Positions 12,225 to 23,735 are shown, numbered from the stretch's first letter. The stretch: 46,774 nucleotides of DNA from Octopus sinensis (GCF_006345805.1 NW_021834581.1:1-46774), one strand, 5' to 3'. A program made the numbers and translations. The notes: generated from the letters alone by a model not told the origin.

Positions 12225-13935
12225 ATAATATCTTTCACATGACGTTACAAATATATAGATGAGCTAAGTGAGTTAATCATTAAAACGTGAATGAATCCCA
12301 TATACAATTTAAATACAATTTTCTCATATATGCTTCACGACATTTGTCTCTTCTCCTGCCCTGTCTTGCTCTTCAGGATATGAAGGACCCTGTCTCTATT
12401 CCTTGCATTCTTGTTTTCCATGCATACTCTTTCATTACTGCAATCGTACGCAGAAAACATGCCTCACTTTCCTTTTATAGTCCGGTTGGCGGTACAATCT
12501 TTATCACAGACTCAGCTGATAGCTGTATTCTTTCCAGGTATGACAACACGTGTTCTATGTAAATTATCAAGCCCAAAAGCTGCAGACACTGTACAAGAGC
12601 GTACATGACAGTTTCCCTGTCTTACCCGCACCTTGGGTAAGCCAGTGGCACTGATATTCCGTGCCTGGACAATTTATCGCGGACAGGTAACTCATCCCTG
12701 TGACACTACCAGGTCAGGGATCTTTGGTAATTATCCAAATACCCCGATCTGAAGGTGTTTTGAAACAGTTTGGCTAGCTGGTTCTCATTGAACCCCAGAG
12801 CCCCTTCTAGGACGCCATAGCTCTTATACTCTACCATCCCTTTATAAAATACAGAGGTGGTATTTCCGCTGCCGGCCTTGCCCGCACTGTGGATTAGCGC
12901 TAGTGCCTATCGGCACTCCTTTTACCATTCAGTTGTATTCTGTCTTTTTATCAAAACGGGTGTAGATTCCTCCAAGGCGGCCGGTCGTGGAAAGAATTCC
13001 CCTGCAAGCGAATTCCACACCTGGCCACCATCCAGGTAGAGCCAGAGCGGCCTTAGCCTCAGTGTATGTCTGCATATCAATAGCCACGGCAGCCCTAACC
13101 TACACTTTAGCGGTTCTACGGATCGTCTCACAAGCGGTTTTCCCTTCCACAAGAAGCGGAAGAGAAGTCGCACCAACTTGCATAGCCACGAATCGAGACA
13201 AGGGACAACGGTCAGACGGTAGGTGATAACAGATGCAATAAACAAATGTAACACCTCAGCCCTCTCTTTCAGAGACAGCGCACTTCCAGACCAGGTCCGG
13301 ACTAGGGCCTCCACCCTGCCTGCCACCTCACTCCAATTCTTCTCCGTTTGGGAGTCTGGACCAAACCAAACTCCAAGCAACTTAACAGGACCATCTGTTC
13401 AGTGCCCCACGACACTGGACGGTATCGGCTTGCCACTCCACGTGCCGTCTCGCAAACCGATGTACTTGTCCTTGTTATCTTTTGCCCCTGCCACCGCCTT
13501 GTATCCTTTGATTGCATCCTGTTCACAAGGTAGCTGAGCTACATTGGACACGGTGATGGTGACGTCATCCGCATATGCAGAATCAGACTTACCACATCCT
13601 ATTTCATTGGGGATGTCCCCCAAATTCTCCAACCCTCGCATCAATGGCTCAAGTGTCAATAGATACAGAAGCGGAGCCAGGGAGGAACCCTTGCTGAACC
13701 GAGCGCTGAATCTCAAATCGTTCCGACAGGTAACTGTGGATTTGATGCCACCATAAATGGCCTTGATCCAACCGCGGAAGTCCGAGCCTAGCCTAGCCGC
13801 CTCAAGGACTGACGCCAAGTACTAGTGGTCTACCTTATCGAAAGTTTTACTTTGGTCTAAATGGACCAATGCCCCACCTTTACCGGATAATTTATCCACC
13901 CTTTCTAAGATGTAGTGTAAGAGATGAAGTTTAGG
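12225..13935 (-). mobile_element. L1/Tx1-clade LINE copy B: RT motif A to C-terminal zinc-knuckle region and 3' end, 5'-truncated
   Basis: LDQSKTFDKVDH, SAYADDVTI, LLGVWFGPD, LPVRDKLSRHG..PRCG, QLSAESVIKIVPP; terminal AATAAAGAAA as in the + strand copies. Confidence 0.9.
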
Positions 13936-15100
13936 GATACCGGATAATAAACTTGATTTGCACTTGAAGTTGGTGATGTAATCGTACTCCATGTCTGTGA
14001 GACCTTCTCGGTATGAGTTGACTAATGTCCTGAGGTTATTCATTGTTTTTGGTTGATTATAATGTTGGACCCCTTGCTAGTATGTCTCATATCCTAATAG
14101 GGATAGTACTAAATTTTATAATCATTTCTGTTCATTAATACTACCACGTTGCCCCCATCGACCACCTTGATTGTTATGGTTTTACCTTCTCTTAGTTTGA
14201 TGAGGTCGTTCCATTCTCTTTTGTTGAAGTTTGGTCTGTATTTTTGCCTATTGGTGAGTTGAAAAGGGAAATTGGTTATGTAGTCACAAAAGCGGTCTAA
14301 GGCTTTATTCTTTCCCTTGGTAGGGGTGTAGTCGCTGTTGTTTCTAGCTATTGATTCGTCATCCATTTGTTTGCCATGATATTCCTCGGCAAGTCTTAAT
14401 TTTCTACAAAATTCCGAAATATCGTCTTTCGTTTCATAGTAATTTGGACGTTGTGGGGTTGGGGTAAATTTAAGTCCTTTGGATAGTATGCTTATTTCGT
14501 TAGGTGTAAGGTCTTTGTTTGAGAGATTGATTATTTTAATTACCTGTGGTTTCTTTTGTTTGTCCGTTGCCATCGTGTATCCCTGTTCCTGTATATAAGT
14601 CTAAAAAATGGTTGGTGTGGTTATGTTGAAAAACACTGTTTATCTGTCTCCTGTTGTTGTAATTTTTAGAGTGGGTTTGTGGTGCTCTGTTTTGTAGCGT
14701 ATTTTTGAACCGCGTGTTCCGTCTTAGTGTATCAGGTATATAGTGTTGGTAGTTGTTTATTCTGTAGTGTGTTTGTTGTTTGTTAAGGTTGTATAGTTGG
14801 TTCCTAGAGTAGAGGTTCGGTAGTTGAGTCTTAGTTGGGTTACGTAGATTGTAGTTCAATGAATTGTGTGTTGCATCACTATGGTTCTTGAAATGGTGTG
14901 GTAGGTCCCTGTAGGTGTTTTGGGGCTGATTTAGCTAGTGTGGGGTGCGTTTAAAATGTCTTTCTCTAATAGAGAATATATTTAGATTTCTTGGTGGATG
15001 TTCCGTTCTGTTGGCAAGTGGTTTTGTTTTGCTTAATTTTATGAAAGGGGTTGTTGGACATGTGTTCAGTTTTGAAGTTCTGTCTGTCTGTATGTATGTA
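13935..15100 (-). mobile_element. Penelope-like element, N-terminal part of the RT ORF
   Basis: ORF 14109-14573 IINLSNKDLTPNEISILSKGLKFTPTP..FCRKLRLAEEY..IKVVDGGNVVVLMNRNDY, then FKCKSSLLSGIPKLH (PLE YGLPKIH-type). Upstream limit uncertain. Confidence 0.75.
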
Positions 15101-15129
15101 TGTTATGTCAGGTCACTTTCGAGTGCTGC

Positions 15130-15580
15130 TGGTAACATGTAACCCAGTACAACCTGTTGCATAGTCGGGACGTCGGCGACTAAACCGGCAACCCCACCAA
15201 GCTTGCTTGGTGAGGAGGGCGTTTATTGGACACCCTGCGGGATGAAAAACAAAACCCGTCAAAGGGCGGAGGAACTATTGAGAGTCAACGGCCATCCAAT
15301 GACTGTCTTAAGGTTGTATCATGCGCGGGGACATAGAAATAATCGAACTGAATACCCGATTTCGCGGTTAAACCATTGGGAGTGAAGGACTCCTAGCCTT
15401 TGTTAGGGCATCCTTCTAGGAGAAGGTAACTCAGGTAACTGGGATAACTCCGACATAAAACCTGCGGCTCAGTGGTTACCAATGATGTTGAATTGTTCTT
15501 CTTTTCGGATTATGGCTGCTGTTGCTTAGTGAGTGGGATTCACTCAGTGCACAGCCTTTGCTCACTTAAAACAAAATCTT
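15130..15580. repeat. Unclassified interspersed-repeat-like segment, possibly a LINE 5' UTR
   Basis: GC-richer non-coding stretch with CTAGGAGAAGGTAACTC..ATAAAACC resembling RTE-type 5' UTRs; recall only. Confidence 0.25.
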
Positions 15581-15699
15581 CTTGCACAGGCATTGCACGA
15601 TAACAACATTGATTATGCTTCGTGCAATGGCCATACTCGATAACGAGGTGACAACCACCATGTATGGATGTATGACTGTATGTATGACAGTTTTGTATG

Positions 15700-16240
15700 T
15701 AGAGGGTGAGCCGGATTCTAACCTAGATCCAATGTACCTTCATTGGAATTTCAACATCACAGGGTACATTTGCATGTATGTACGAGAATATTAGCCGTAT
15801 TTGAAATTAGTACACGTGCAGATTTGTATATTTGGGTTAGTGTATGTATTCTCAGTGGTGGCCTGGATCTGTAGATTTCGAAACAGCTTTTTCCCTTCTA
15901 GTTTTGGGAAGCCTAATTTCTCGGGATTAGACAGTGTGTTGCATATCCCAGTGCCCCACTAATTACAGATTACAAGTTCAAGTCTATACGTTAACTTATA
16001 ATATAGGACGTGTAACTGTAGATTTCTCAAGAGTTCAAGAATTCTTTTTATGATCTTTAGATTTATGTTAACATCCGCTGGTCAGCTCATTTCCACAGCT
16101 GTACACAGATTGTCTTCCCTGAGTCAAATCTTCTCTGTCACGTCGATTATGGTCACATTTTATTGAGGGTTTCACTGGGAAATTTCAAAAGTACTCCTTC
16201 TTATTAGCGGCTATAGCTTCTACTATCTTGTGGGTACTCA
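15700..16240 (-). pseudogene. Decayed ORF of unidentified product
   Basis: Protein-like frame with scattered stops: PADVNINLKIIKRILELLRNLQLHVLYYKLTYRLELVICN*WGTGICNTLSNPEKLGFPKLEGKKLFRNLQIQATT; paralogs at ~39760-40370 and ~3200-3560. Confidence 0.4.
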
Positions 16241-16602
16241 CTATATATGTATGTATTATGAATCTTTGTGTGTGTGTGTGTGATTTGTTGAGGCACCAAA
16301 TCACAAAAGCAAAATAATGCTTATCTTTTAGAGAGAAAGCTAGAGAAAGCGAAAGAAAGAGAGTAGTATATAATATTTTGAGAAAGGAAGGGATGTTGTT
16401 TTTTCCATTTGACTTAACATTTAGAACATATCTTAACAATGTTTGGTGTGTTTTGTTTAGTCCAATGTATTGAAATGTTAATGTACAATGGGTGACGCAA
16501 TACTGCAATGTAGTAGTAAGCAATATTATACATATATACATACGTGTGTATGTGTGCGTGAGTATGTTTGTGTGTGTACATAGATATATACATGTATTAC
16601 TA

Positions 16603-16653
<51 letters not shown>

Positions 16654-16719
16654 GTATATATTGTCTACATACAGCTCTTGTTAAACACTCTAAAACACGC
16701 AAACACACAAACACAAATA

Positions 16720-16890
16720 CACGCTTATCCGCACATATACAGAGATGAGGTGTTTCTTTCAGTTTCCGGCTATCGAATTCACTCAAAAGAAACAGGTCGG
16801 CCGGAGGCTATAGCGGGAGATTCTCGTCCATGTTGCGACGCAGTGGGACTGAACCCAAAACTATGTGTTTGGGTAGCAAGCTTCACACAT
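16720..16890 (-). mobile_element. SINE family B 5' fragment (duplicate at ~41130-41300)
   Basis: TTTCTTTCAGTTTCCG..GCAGTGGGACTGAACCC (B box GGGTTCAGTCCC on minus). Confidence 0.75.
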
Positions 16891-17510
16891 GTGCGTGGGT
16901 ATAATTGTATACACATGTATATACATAGATATAATATTAATATATATGTATATATGTCTGTAATTCCTTGGTGATCTAAACGAATAGATATGCTGACAAA
17001 GTGCTATATTCGATTATCCGTTACGTTCCAATTTCACATCTGAGGCTGGAGCTAGGGATCCGTGTTAGGCGTCTGAGTTAGCTGGTCTATATTAATTAAA
17101 AGAAAAAGGACAACACAAATCAAGGCAGCGAGGGTATCTCAAGTACTTCATCGAAGTGCGAACTTACGTCCCTACCCTCTGGAAAAGGATGTGCTGTGAA
17201 CATTAAACTCCTCTCTGTATTCTTCTATCTACTGATATTCTTCTATTTCGCATTTCATGTCTTTTAACTTGTGAAATTCCCTGTCTAGATCTTTCACAAT
17301 TAGTCGTATAGTCTCTGATGTTGGAATACTCAGTGTACGCACATGCTAGCCTATCACTTGGGATATCCTAGAAACGACTGGAGAACTTCAAATTAAATAT
17401 TGTAAATGACTTGAGATATTCTTCCCGCCTTCGATTTATATTCTCCGTTTCCCTTTAATTAATATACAAATACGCACACACACACACATATGTATATATA
17501 TATATATAAG

Positions 17511-17576
<66 letters not shown>

Positions 17577-17580
17577 TATA

Positions 17581-17611
<31 letters not shown>

Positions 17612-17622
17612 GTGTGTGTATA

Positions 17623-17887
17623 TATATAAATAAGAGGCGCAGGCAACAGGGTGCTTGGCCACGTACCGAAAAAATTAGAAATAGCAGTGAAGACTGTTTA
17701 TTTCTATTATCTACAAGTGGGGCTCCACACACTTATATATTCCTTCTGTTTTGCATATGTGAATTACAGGGTATGTCGTGTGTGGAGCCCCACATGTAGA
17801 TAATAGAAATAAACAGTCTTGACTGCTATTTCTAATTTCTTCGGTATGCGGCCAAGCAACCTGTTGCCTGCGCCTCTTATTTATATA
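17623..17887. mobile_element. Hairpin MITE, 110-bp arms and 45-nt spacer
   Basis: Arms 17623-17732 and 17778-17887 with about 6 mismatches by hand; TA-rich flanks; duplicate at ~42541-42795. Confidence 0.85.
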
Positions 17888-17980
17888 CAATATATATACT
17901 GAACTTTACAGAAGTACCTACCGTTAATCGGCTATATTTACGTACCGAACTCTACAAGTAAATAATTATTTACTCTTATC

Positions 17981-18039
<59 letters not shown>

Positions 18040-18062
18040 ATATATATTATATATATATATAT

Positions 18063-18660
18063 AATACTTTCAAGTGAAAAAAATTTCAAATTTTTTCTCT
18101 GATGAGGTTTTTCACGCTAACTACCTGATAATTTCTTGTTAAGATTTCTTATTAAGATTTTATCCTTAATTGTTAAATGTGTTCCGATGAAACACGTATC
18201 CTTCCGAAATGCAGTTCGAAAAAGCCCGCCATTTACATAAACATATGATGAATGAACATTTCCATGTGCTACGATGGACTCGACGGTTGTCTGGTATGTT
18301 CCGCCTGGTATGTCGGTTCTGTTTATTTTTGATATATTTTGAATATGTTTTCACTGATGAACAAAAGACGTAGATAATACGTTAATTGCGAAATCACAGG
18401 TGACCTGGAACTAAATTCTGTTTTTAAATGTCTTGCTTCGAGAGCTGCATTCGGTACGATCCGTTTAGTTTTGGTAGCAATGACTTTGAAAGCCCCTCCT
18501 AGCGTGTGCATGTATGTGTAATAATGCCCTCTATATAATGTAAATAAATATTTTCAAGTGATAAAATTTTCAGGTTTTTTCTCTTATGAGGTTATTCACG
18601 CTAACTACCTGATAATTTCTTGCTAAGATTTCTTATTAAGATTTTATCCTTAATTGTTAA

Positions 18661-18662
<2 letters not shown>
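18063..18662 (+). mobile_element. Diverged ~1.25-unit tandem of the hammerhead-bearing repeat
   Basis: Homologous to 46137-46774; 18065-18180 recurs at ~18548-18660; (AT)n on both sides. Confidence 0.85.
18347..18412 (+). ncRNA. Type I hammerhead ribozyme, probably inactive (cleavage triplet ACC)
   Basis: GTTTTCA-CTGATGA(18354)-ACAA..ACGTAGATAATACGT..TTGC-GAAA-TCAC-AG-GTGA-CC-TGGAAC. Confidence 0.6.
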
Positions 18663-18695
<33 letters not shown>

Positions 18696-18702
<7 letters not shown>

Positions 18703-18915
18703 ATCACGTGACCGACCAGACCATCAGATGTTGTTACATATCGCATTGTTTTAGCCTTCGAATGACGCCACCCCGCTGGCTAAGCGAGCAGGCCAACAGA
18801 AGAAAGAGTGGTGAAAGAGTACAGCAGGGATCACCACCCCCTGCCGGAGCCACGTGGAGCTTTTACGTGTTTTCGCTCAATAAACACACACAACGCCCGG
18901 TCTGGGAATCGAAAC
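18696..18915 (-). mobile_element. SINE family C
   Basis: Minus strand starts with B-box-like GTTTCGATTCCCAGACC and ends GGTCGGTCACGTGATCACGTGA-(TA)n. Confidence 0.8.
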
Positions 18916-18919
18916 GGGA

Positions 18920-19520
18920 AGAATAGTAGATTTTAAATTTTAATTAGAATTTTTCTCTGATCATGACATTATATCAATAGTTACCCTTTTTTCATATTTT
19001 TCCTCGTTTTCTAATTTCGTTAATTTATTTTATAGCCAAATTTTAGTAAAAACGGCTATTGTTGAATTTTCTTTTCACTTTCTTGAAGCTTCAAATGAAA
19101 ATTTTTCATAAGGATCTTTATCAAGTTATGAACTTTTCCAGCTCCTCCGACTCCACCGGTGGTACATACATATTTCAGTATGATATATTTAGAAATACGT
19201 GGTGTAGATGGCATTGAAGATGTTTTAAAAATTTAATTAGTGAAAACGAAATTAGATATAAAAATTTACTGGCTATAGGAACCAACTAGGCTAGAGTAAT
19301 GATAGGAATCAACAATGGTTTTTTCCAGAAATTAACAGAAGTTCCATCATTACTTCTATTTAGAAGGTTATGTCATTCTTTACAGTTGGCTGTATCCCAC
19401 ACTTGTACTGAAATTTAGCATAAAATTATGGTTTTAAGTTGGTTAGACTGCTTCAAACACATACGGTATTCAGTTTCATAGAGTAAAACAATTCACATTG
19501 CTGCGGCAATAAGCTTCAGG
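18920..19520 (+). mobile_element. hAT DNA transposon remnant, internally deleted, TIR missing in this copy
   Basis: KNLLAIGTN*ARVMIGINNGFFQKLTEVPSLLLFRRLCHSLQLAVSH matches the hAT D-x-A-x-x-M-x-G ... CxxH region. Confidence 0.75.
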
Positions 19521-20543
19521 GTCACTGACTCAAACAAATGAGAGAACAAAATGCTATGATGATGATGTTGATCACCAGCATCATCATCATCATCATCGTC
19601 GTAGTCGTCGTCGTCATGATTGTAACGTCCCTCAGTTCATAATGCTTGGGTCGAACGGTGTTCATTGTTCAGATATTCTACACACGAATACCTTTCCTCT
19701 CGCTAGCCATCGCCACTTTCCGAGAAAGATACAACATTGTCAAAAATGGACATATTTTTAAACAGGCAGTTAAAGATTAATCTCATCTCTTGTGTGATGG
19801 TGAGGCTCGTTTACGACAGTTCTGAGATGAAAAGATGGGGAAAACACAAATAAAAATGTATTCATATACACATAAATATAATAATATAAATATATATGTG
19901 TGTACTTTTATATACACACACATTCATACACACCGGAAAAGATGTCCGGCAGAATTGGGATGGATGACCATAGAAGGATTTGTACCAAACTTTGGCATTA
20001 AAATCTCTACAAATACCCGAATAGGGCGCAACCGCAGAGTGACAAGGTGGTCGCATTCGTATATACACACAAAGATATTCATACACCAACACGACTATGT
20101 GTATGAGTTTGTGTTTGTGTGAGAGTAAGTGTGAGGCGGATATTTGTTGGGTGTAACCAGGATGTTAAGCAGAAAAGTTACTAATTTCATTTGCTCTCAA
20201 ATGCAATAAAGTTTACAAAGGTTTATATAGTGTATGATTTTATACAATTATATAATGCCTACGCATATGTATGTACGAACACACACGCACACGCACATAT
20301 TTGCGAATGTGTGTATGTTTATATGTGTCTATATGTGGGATGGTCACCATATTGATAAGATACAAAAGATATTCACAATTGTGCAATGAATTACGTCTCA
20401 AACTTATCGAAATACCCAAGCATATATTCTATTCAACAACGAGTGTTGCAGTAGGAGTTGAGGCGTGAATTCAAAAGGATTATATATCATAATCATTGCA
20501 ACAGTATGTATATATATACGTATATATATATATACATGTATAT

Positions 20544-20598
<55 letters not shown>

Positions 20599-21288
20599 TA
20601 TATATATATATATATATATGCATGTATGTATGTATGTATGTAGGTAGGTATGTATGTATGTATTTATACTACATGTTTCATCTGCAGAAAAATAAGCACA
20701 CATACACACATACATATTTATAACACATACACTTATGTATATATATTTATATAATATATATATTATATTGTACTGTATTATAATATGTTGTAATATACAT
20801 ACGTCAATGTGTTCCATGGCATAATACACATACACAGATATATATATATATATATATATATACTTGCGTGACACTGAACGTAGCTCGAATATTTAGTTTT
20901 CCCCACAAGGTGTATATACCTCCGGTACAATGGTCATGGGATTAAGATGTTTAAGAAATGAGGTGCAAAACGGATTCCTCAGCCCGAACCAATCGACAGG
21001 CTCTATAGGGGTAGACCAACAACGAGTTGTTTGGGGAATATTAGTTTGCCAATCAAGGGAATCCAGCCGGAAAGTGTAATGGCGGTGCCTTCTGATTGGA
21101 ACATGTGGAGGAAATGACTCTGGACTCTACACACACGACCCTACCAGGAATATTGGACGTAGATTGATAGTTGCATATATACAGGTGTACAAATGTATTT
21201 ATGTGTGTGTGAGAGTGTGCGTTGTGTAATTAAATGAGGCAGCTAGTTAGCAGAGTTTCACCTAAAAGGAAAACAATAAACGTTATTT

Positions 21289-21561
21289 AATATGACTGAC
21301 GGTGTTAGAACACCTAAACTGCTAGAAATAAGAGCTAAATGGCTCTGTTGCTGCTTTCAACGCACATATATACCGATCTACATATATACAGGTCTAGAGA
21401 TGAAACCGTACGGTATAGAGATGTCAGTAGTTGTCAGTCACTGTCATCTACAGTCGCCGCTGGCATGTATGTATAAAATCATATGTGCTTTGACAGCAGC
21501 AACAGAGCTATTTAGCTCTTATTTCTAGCGGCATATGTATTGTAACACCTTCAGTCATATT
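21289..21561. mobile_element. MITE with ~65-bp imperfect TIRs
   Basis: AATATGACTGA.GGTGTTA..GCTAGAAATAAGAGCTAAAT.GCTCTGTTGCTGCT and its reverse complement at the other end. Confidence 0.8.
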
Positions 21562-21570
21562 GAATGACAC

Positions 21571-21680
<110 letters not shown>

Positions 21681-21687
21681 ATATGTA

Positions 21688-21717
<30 letters not shown>

Positions 21718-21718
<1 letters not shown>

Positions 21719-21912
21719 TAAATTAGAGATAAAACCACTATTAGGCAAATCATACAATGAACAAATTAAGCCAATACATAAGATTATTTAATTTATATTA
21801 ATTAATATTAACAAAATTATATATTTAATAATAATTAAATAAATAAACTTATGTATTCGCTTAAGTTTTCCATTGTATGATTTGCCTAATAGTGGTTTTA
21901 TCTCTAATTTAA
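21718..21912. mobile_element. AT-rich MITE with perfect 42-bp TIRs inside (TA)n
   Basis: 21718-21759 TTAAATTAGAGATAAAACCACTATTAGGCAAATCATACAATG is the exact reverse complement of 21871-21912. Confidence 0.85.
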
Positions 21913-21940
21913 TATATATATATATATATACATATATACG

Positions 21941-21992
<52 letters not shown>

Positions 21993-21995
<3 letters not shown>

Positions 21996-22218
21996 TGTCA
22001 TCCAATATGACTGAAGGTGTTACAATACATATGCCGCTAGAAATAAGAGCTAAATAGCTCTGTTGCTGCTGTCAAAGAACATATGATTTTATACATACAT
22101 GCCAGCGGCGACTGTAGATGACGGTGACTGACAACTACTGACATCTCTATACCGTACGGTTTTATCTCGAGACATGTATATATGTAGATCGGTATATATG
22201 TGCGTTGAAAGCAGCAAC
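21993..22218. repeat. Inverted duplicate of 21347-21572
   Basis: 226-bp reverse-complement match with few substitutions. Confidence 0.9.
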
Positions 22219-23735
22219 TCGAAAGCACCAGCCAGACTGCAAAGATTACTGTTAAGGCTTCAAACATACGACTACGATATCAGGTAAAGCCAGGAAAAGT
22301 CCTGATATTGGCGGATGCTCTTTCCAGACTATCCTCACATGATAAACAGGAGATGGAAGGACTAAGCATAAAGGTCCACCACATTGTAAATGTAACAACT
22401 ACAAAGCTAGCAGAAATCAAAGAGGAGACCAGCAAAGGTGAAGAACACCAGCTCCTTACTCAGATGGTGATTCAGGGGTGGCCAGAAAAGAGACGTCAGG
22501 TGCAGCCCCTCATTCGTGAATATTGGGCCATCCATGACGATATATCAGTGGAGAATGGAATCCTGATGGCTGGATCCCCAATAATTATACCCAAGTATAC
22601 ATGGACACGCATGTAAACTACGTGGGTAGAGACAGAAACAGAAGGGGATGCAAATGCCTCAGAGACCTGCTCAGACTATTCCAACTGTCTGACAGGTACC
22701 GACTCGACCACCAAAAAGAGATTCTTGACAAGATCCACCAAGGGCATCTAGGGATGGAGAAATGCAAGCTCCGAGCCAAGTCAGCAGTATATTGGGTAGG
22801 CATGTACAAAGACATAGAAAAGACAGTTTCTACATGCCACATCTGTCAAAAGTACAGAAACTCACAACAAAAGGAGGAAATGATATCTAGTGACATCCCA
22901 AGAAGGCCATGGCAAACTATTGGAGTAGATCTGTTCACGGAAAGCCAAGAATGCTACTACTCCAAATTTCCATTTGTGAGAAAAGTGAAAGACCTGAGAG
23001 CCAAAACAATCACTACAGTGGCTCGAGGACTTCTAGCAGAGCAAGGAATACCAGAGCAGATCATATGTGACAATGGAACCCAGTTCACATCGCAAGAATT
23101 CAAAAAGCTAGCCGATGAGTATGGGTTCAATATTACAACCTCATCTCCACACTATCTCAAAGGTCATGGGTTTATAGAAAGACAGGTGCAGACAGTGAAG
23201 AGAACACTAGTCAAATGCCGAGAGACTAAGGAAGACCCACACCTGGCACTTCTGTCCCTACGAGCGACCCACTCATAGCTGACATGAAATCCCCAGCAGA
23301 ATTGCAGAGTGGCAGGAAGTACAAAACTACCCTGCCAACCAAGATCCAACCTCCTATTGACCAGGAAGAGACAAGGGCAAAGCTAGCTGCCACTCAAGAA
23401 CAATCACAGAAATATTACAACAAACATGCACAATACTTACCTGAGATACTTGGAGGACAACATGTGCATACTCAAGATGCCATAACTAAAACATGGATCC
23501 CAGCACAGGTTGTCAGTAGAGCTGAAGTCCAAGACCGTATATAATAGAAACGGAATCTGGTAGGCAGCTGAGACGCAACAGGGCCCACATCCGCCCAACA
23601 CCAAAGCTGTCGAGGACAACGTGTACAACACCTGTTGCATCGGTGACAACACCCACAGAATCAACACCCCAACGGGCACCAACCACCCATCAGCAGCCCA
23701 ACAACACACCTCAGACACCGGTACCACGTCCTCGC
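22219..23735 (+). mobile_element. Gypsy pol fragment: RNase H end, H2C2 zinc motif, integrase core and C-terminus
   Basis: APARLQRLLLRLQTYDYDI..KPGKVLILADALSRL; IHQGHLGMEKCKLRAKSAVYW..CHICQ; PWQTIGVDLF..CDNGTQFTSQEF..GFIERQVQTVK; PRPYIIETESGRQLRRNRAHIR. Confidence 0.92.

Larger units (their letters stand above)
15625..20495. repeat. Segmental duplication, copy 1
   Basis: Colinear with 39641-44853 from CAATGGCCATACTCGATAACGAGG to ATCATAATCATT.C.ACAGTATGT. Confidence 0.95.

Noticed and set aside
12377-12537. Plus-strand exon-like unit with strong acceptor, CAG|GTATGA donor and an open frame
   Set aside because: The minus strand encodes the Tx1 ORF2 C-terminus (QLSAESVIKIVPP..MKEYAWKTRMQGIE), homologous to copies 1 and 2.
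16085-16100. Shared in-frame TGA in the three ORF paralogs as selenocysteine
   Set aside because: Other stops (TAA, TAG) are in the same frame, no SECIS evident; an ancestral nonsense change or CpG decay is simpler.
18095-18135. Second CTGATGAG in the diverged repeat as another hammerhead
   Set aside because: Followed by TGATA rather than GAAA, and sister units read TTATGAGG.
20880-21170. Three CCAAT-like boxes upstream of the Gypsy fragment as an LTR
   Set aside because: No TG..CA ends, primer-binding site or second copy in the window.
22601-23278. 225-aa ORF as a novel endonuclease-integrase fusion gene
   Set aside because: It arises from the 110-bp insertion into a decayed Gypsy pol; it has only 37 endonuclease residues and a truncated integrase.
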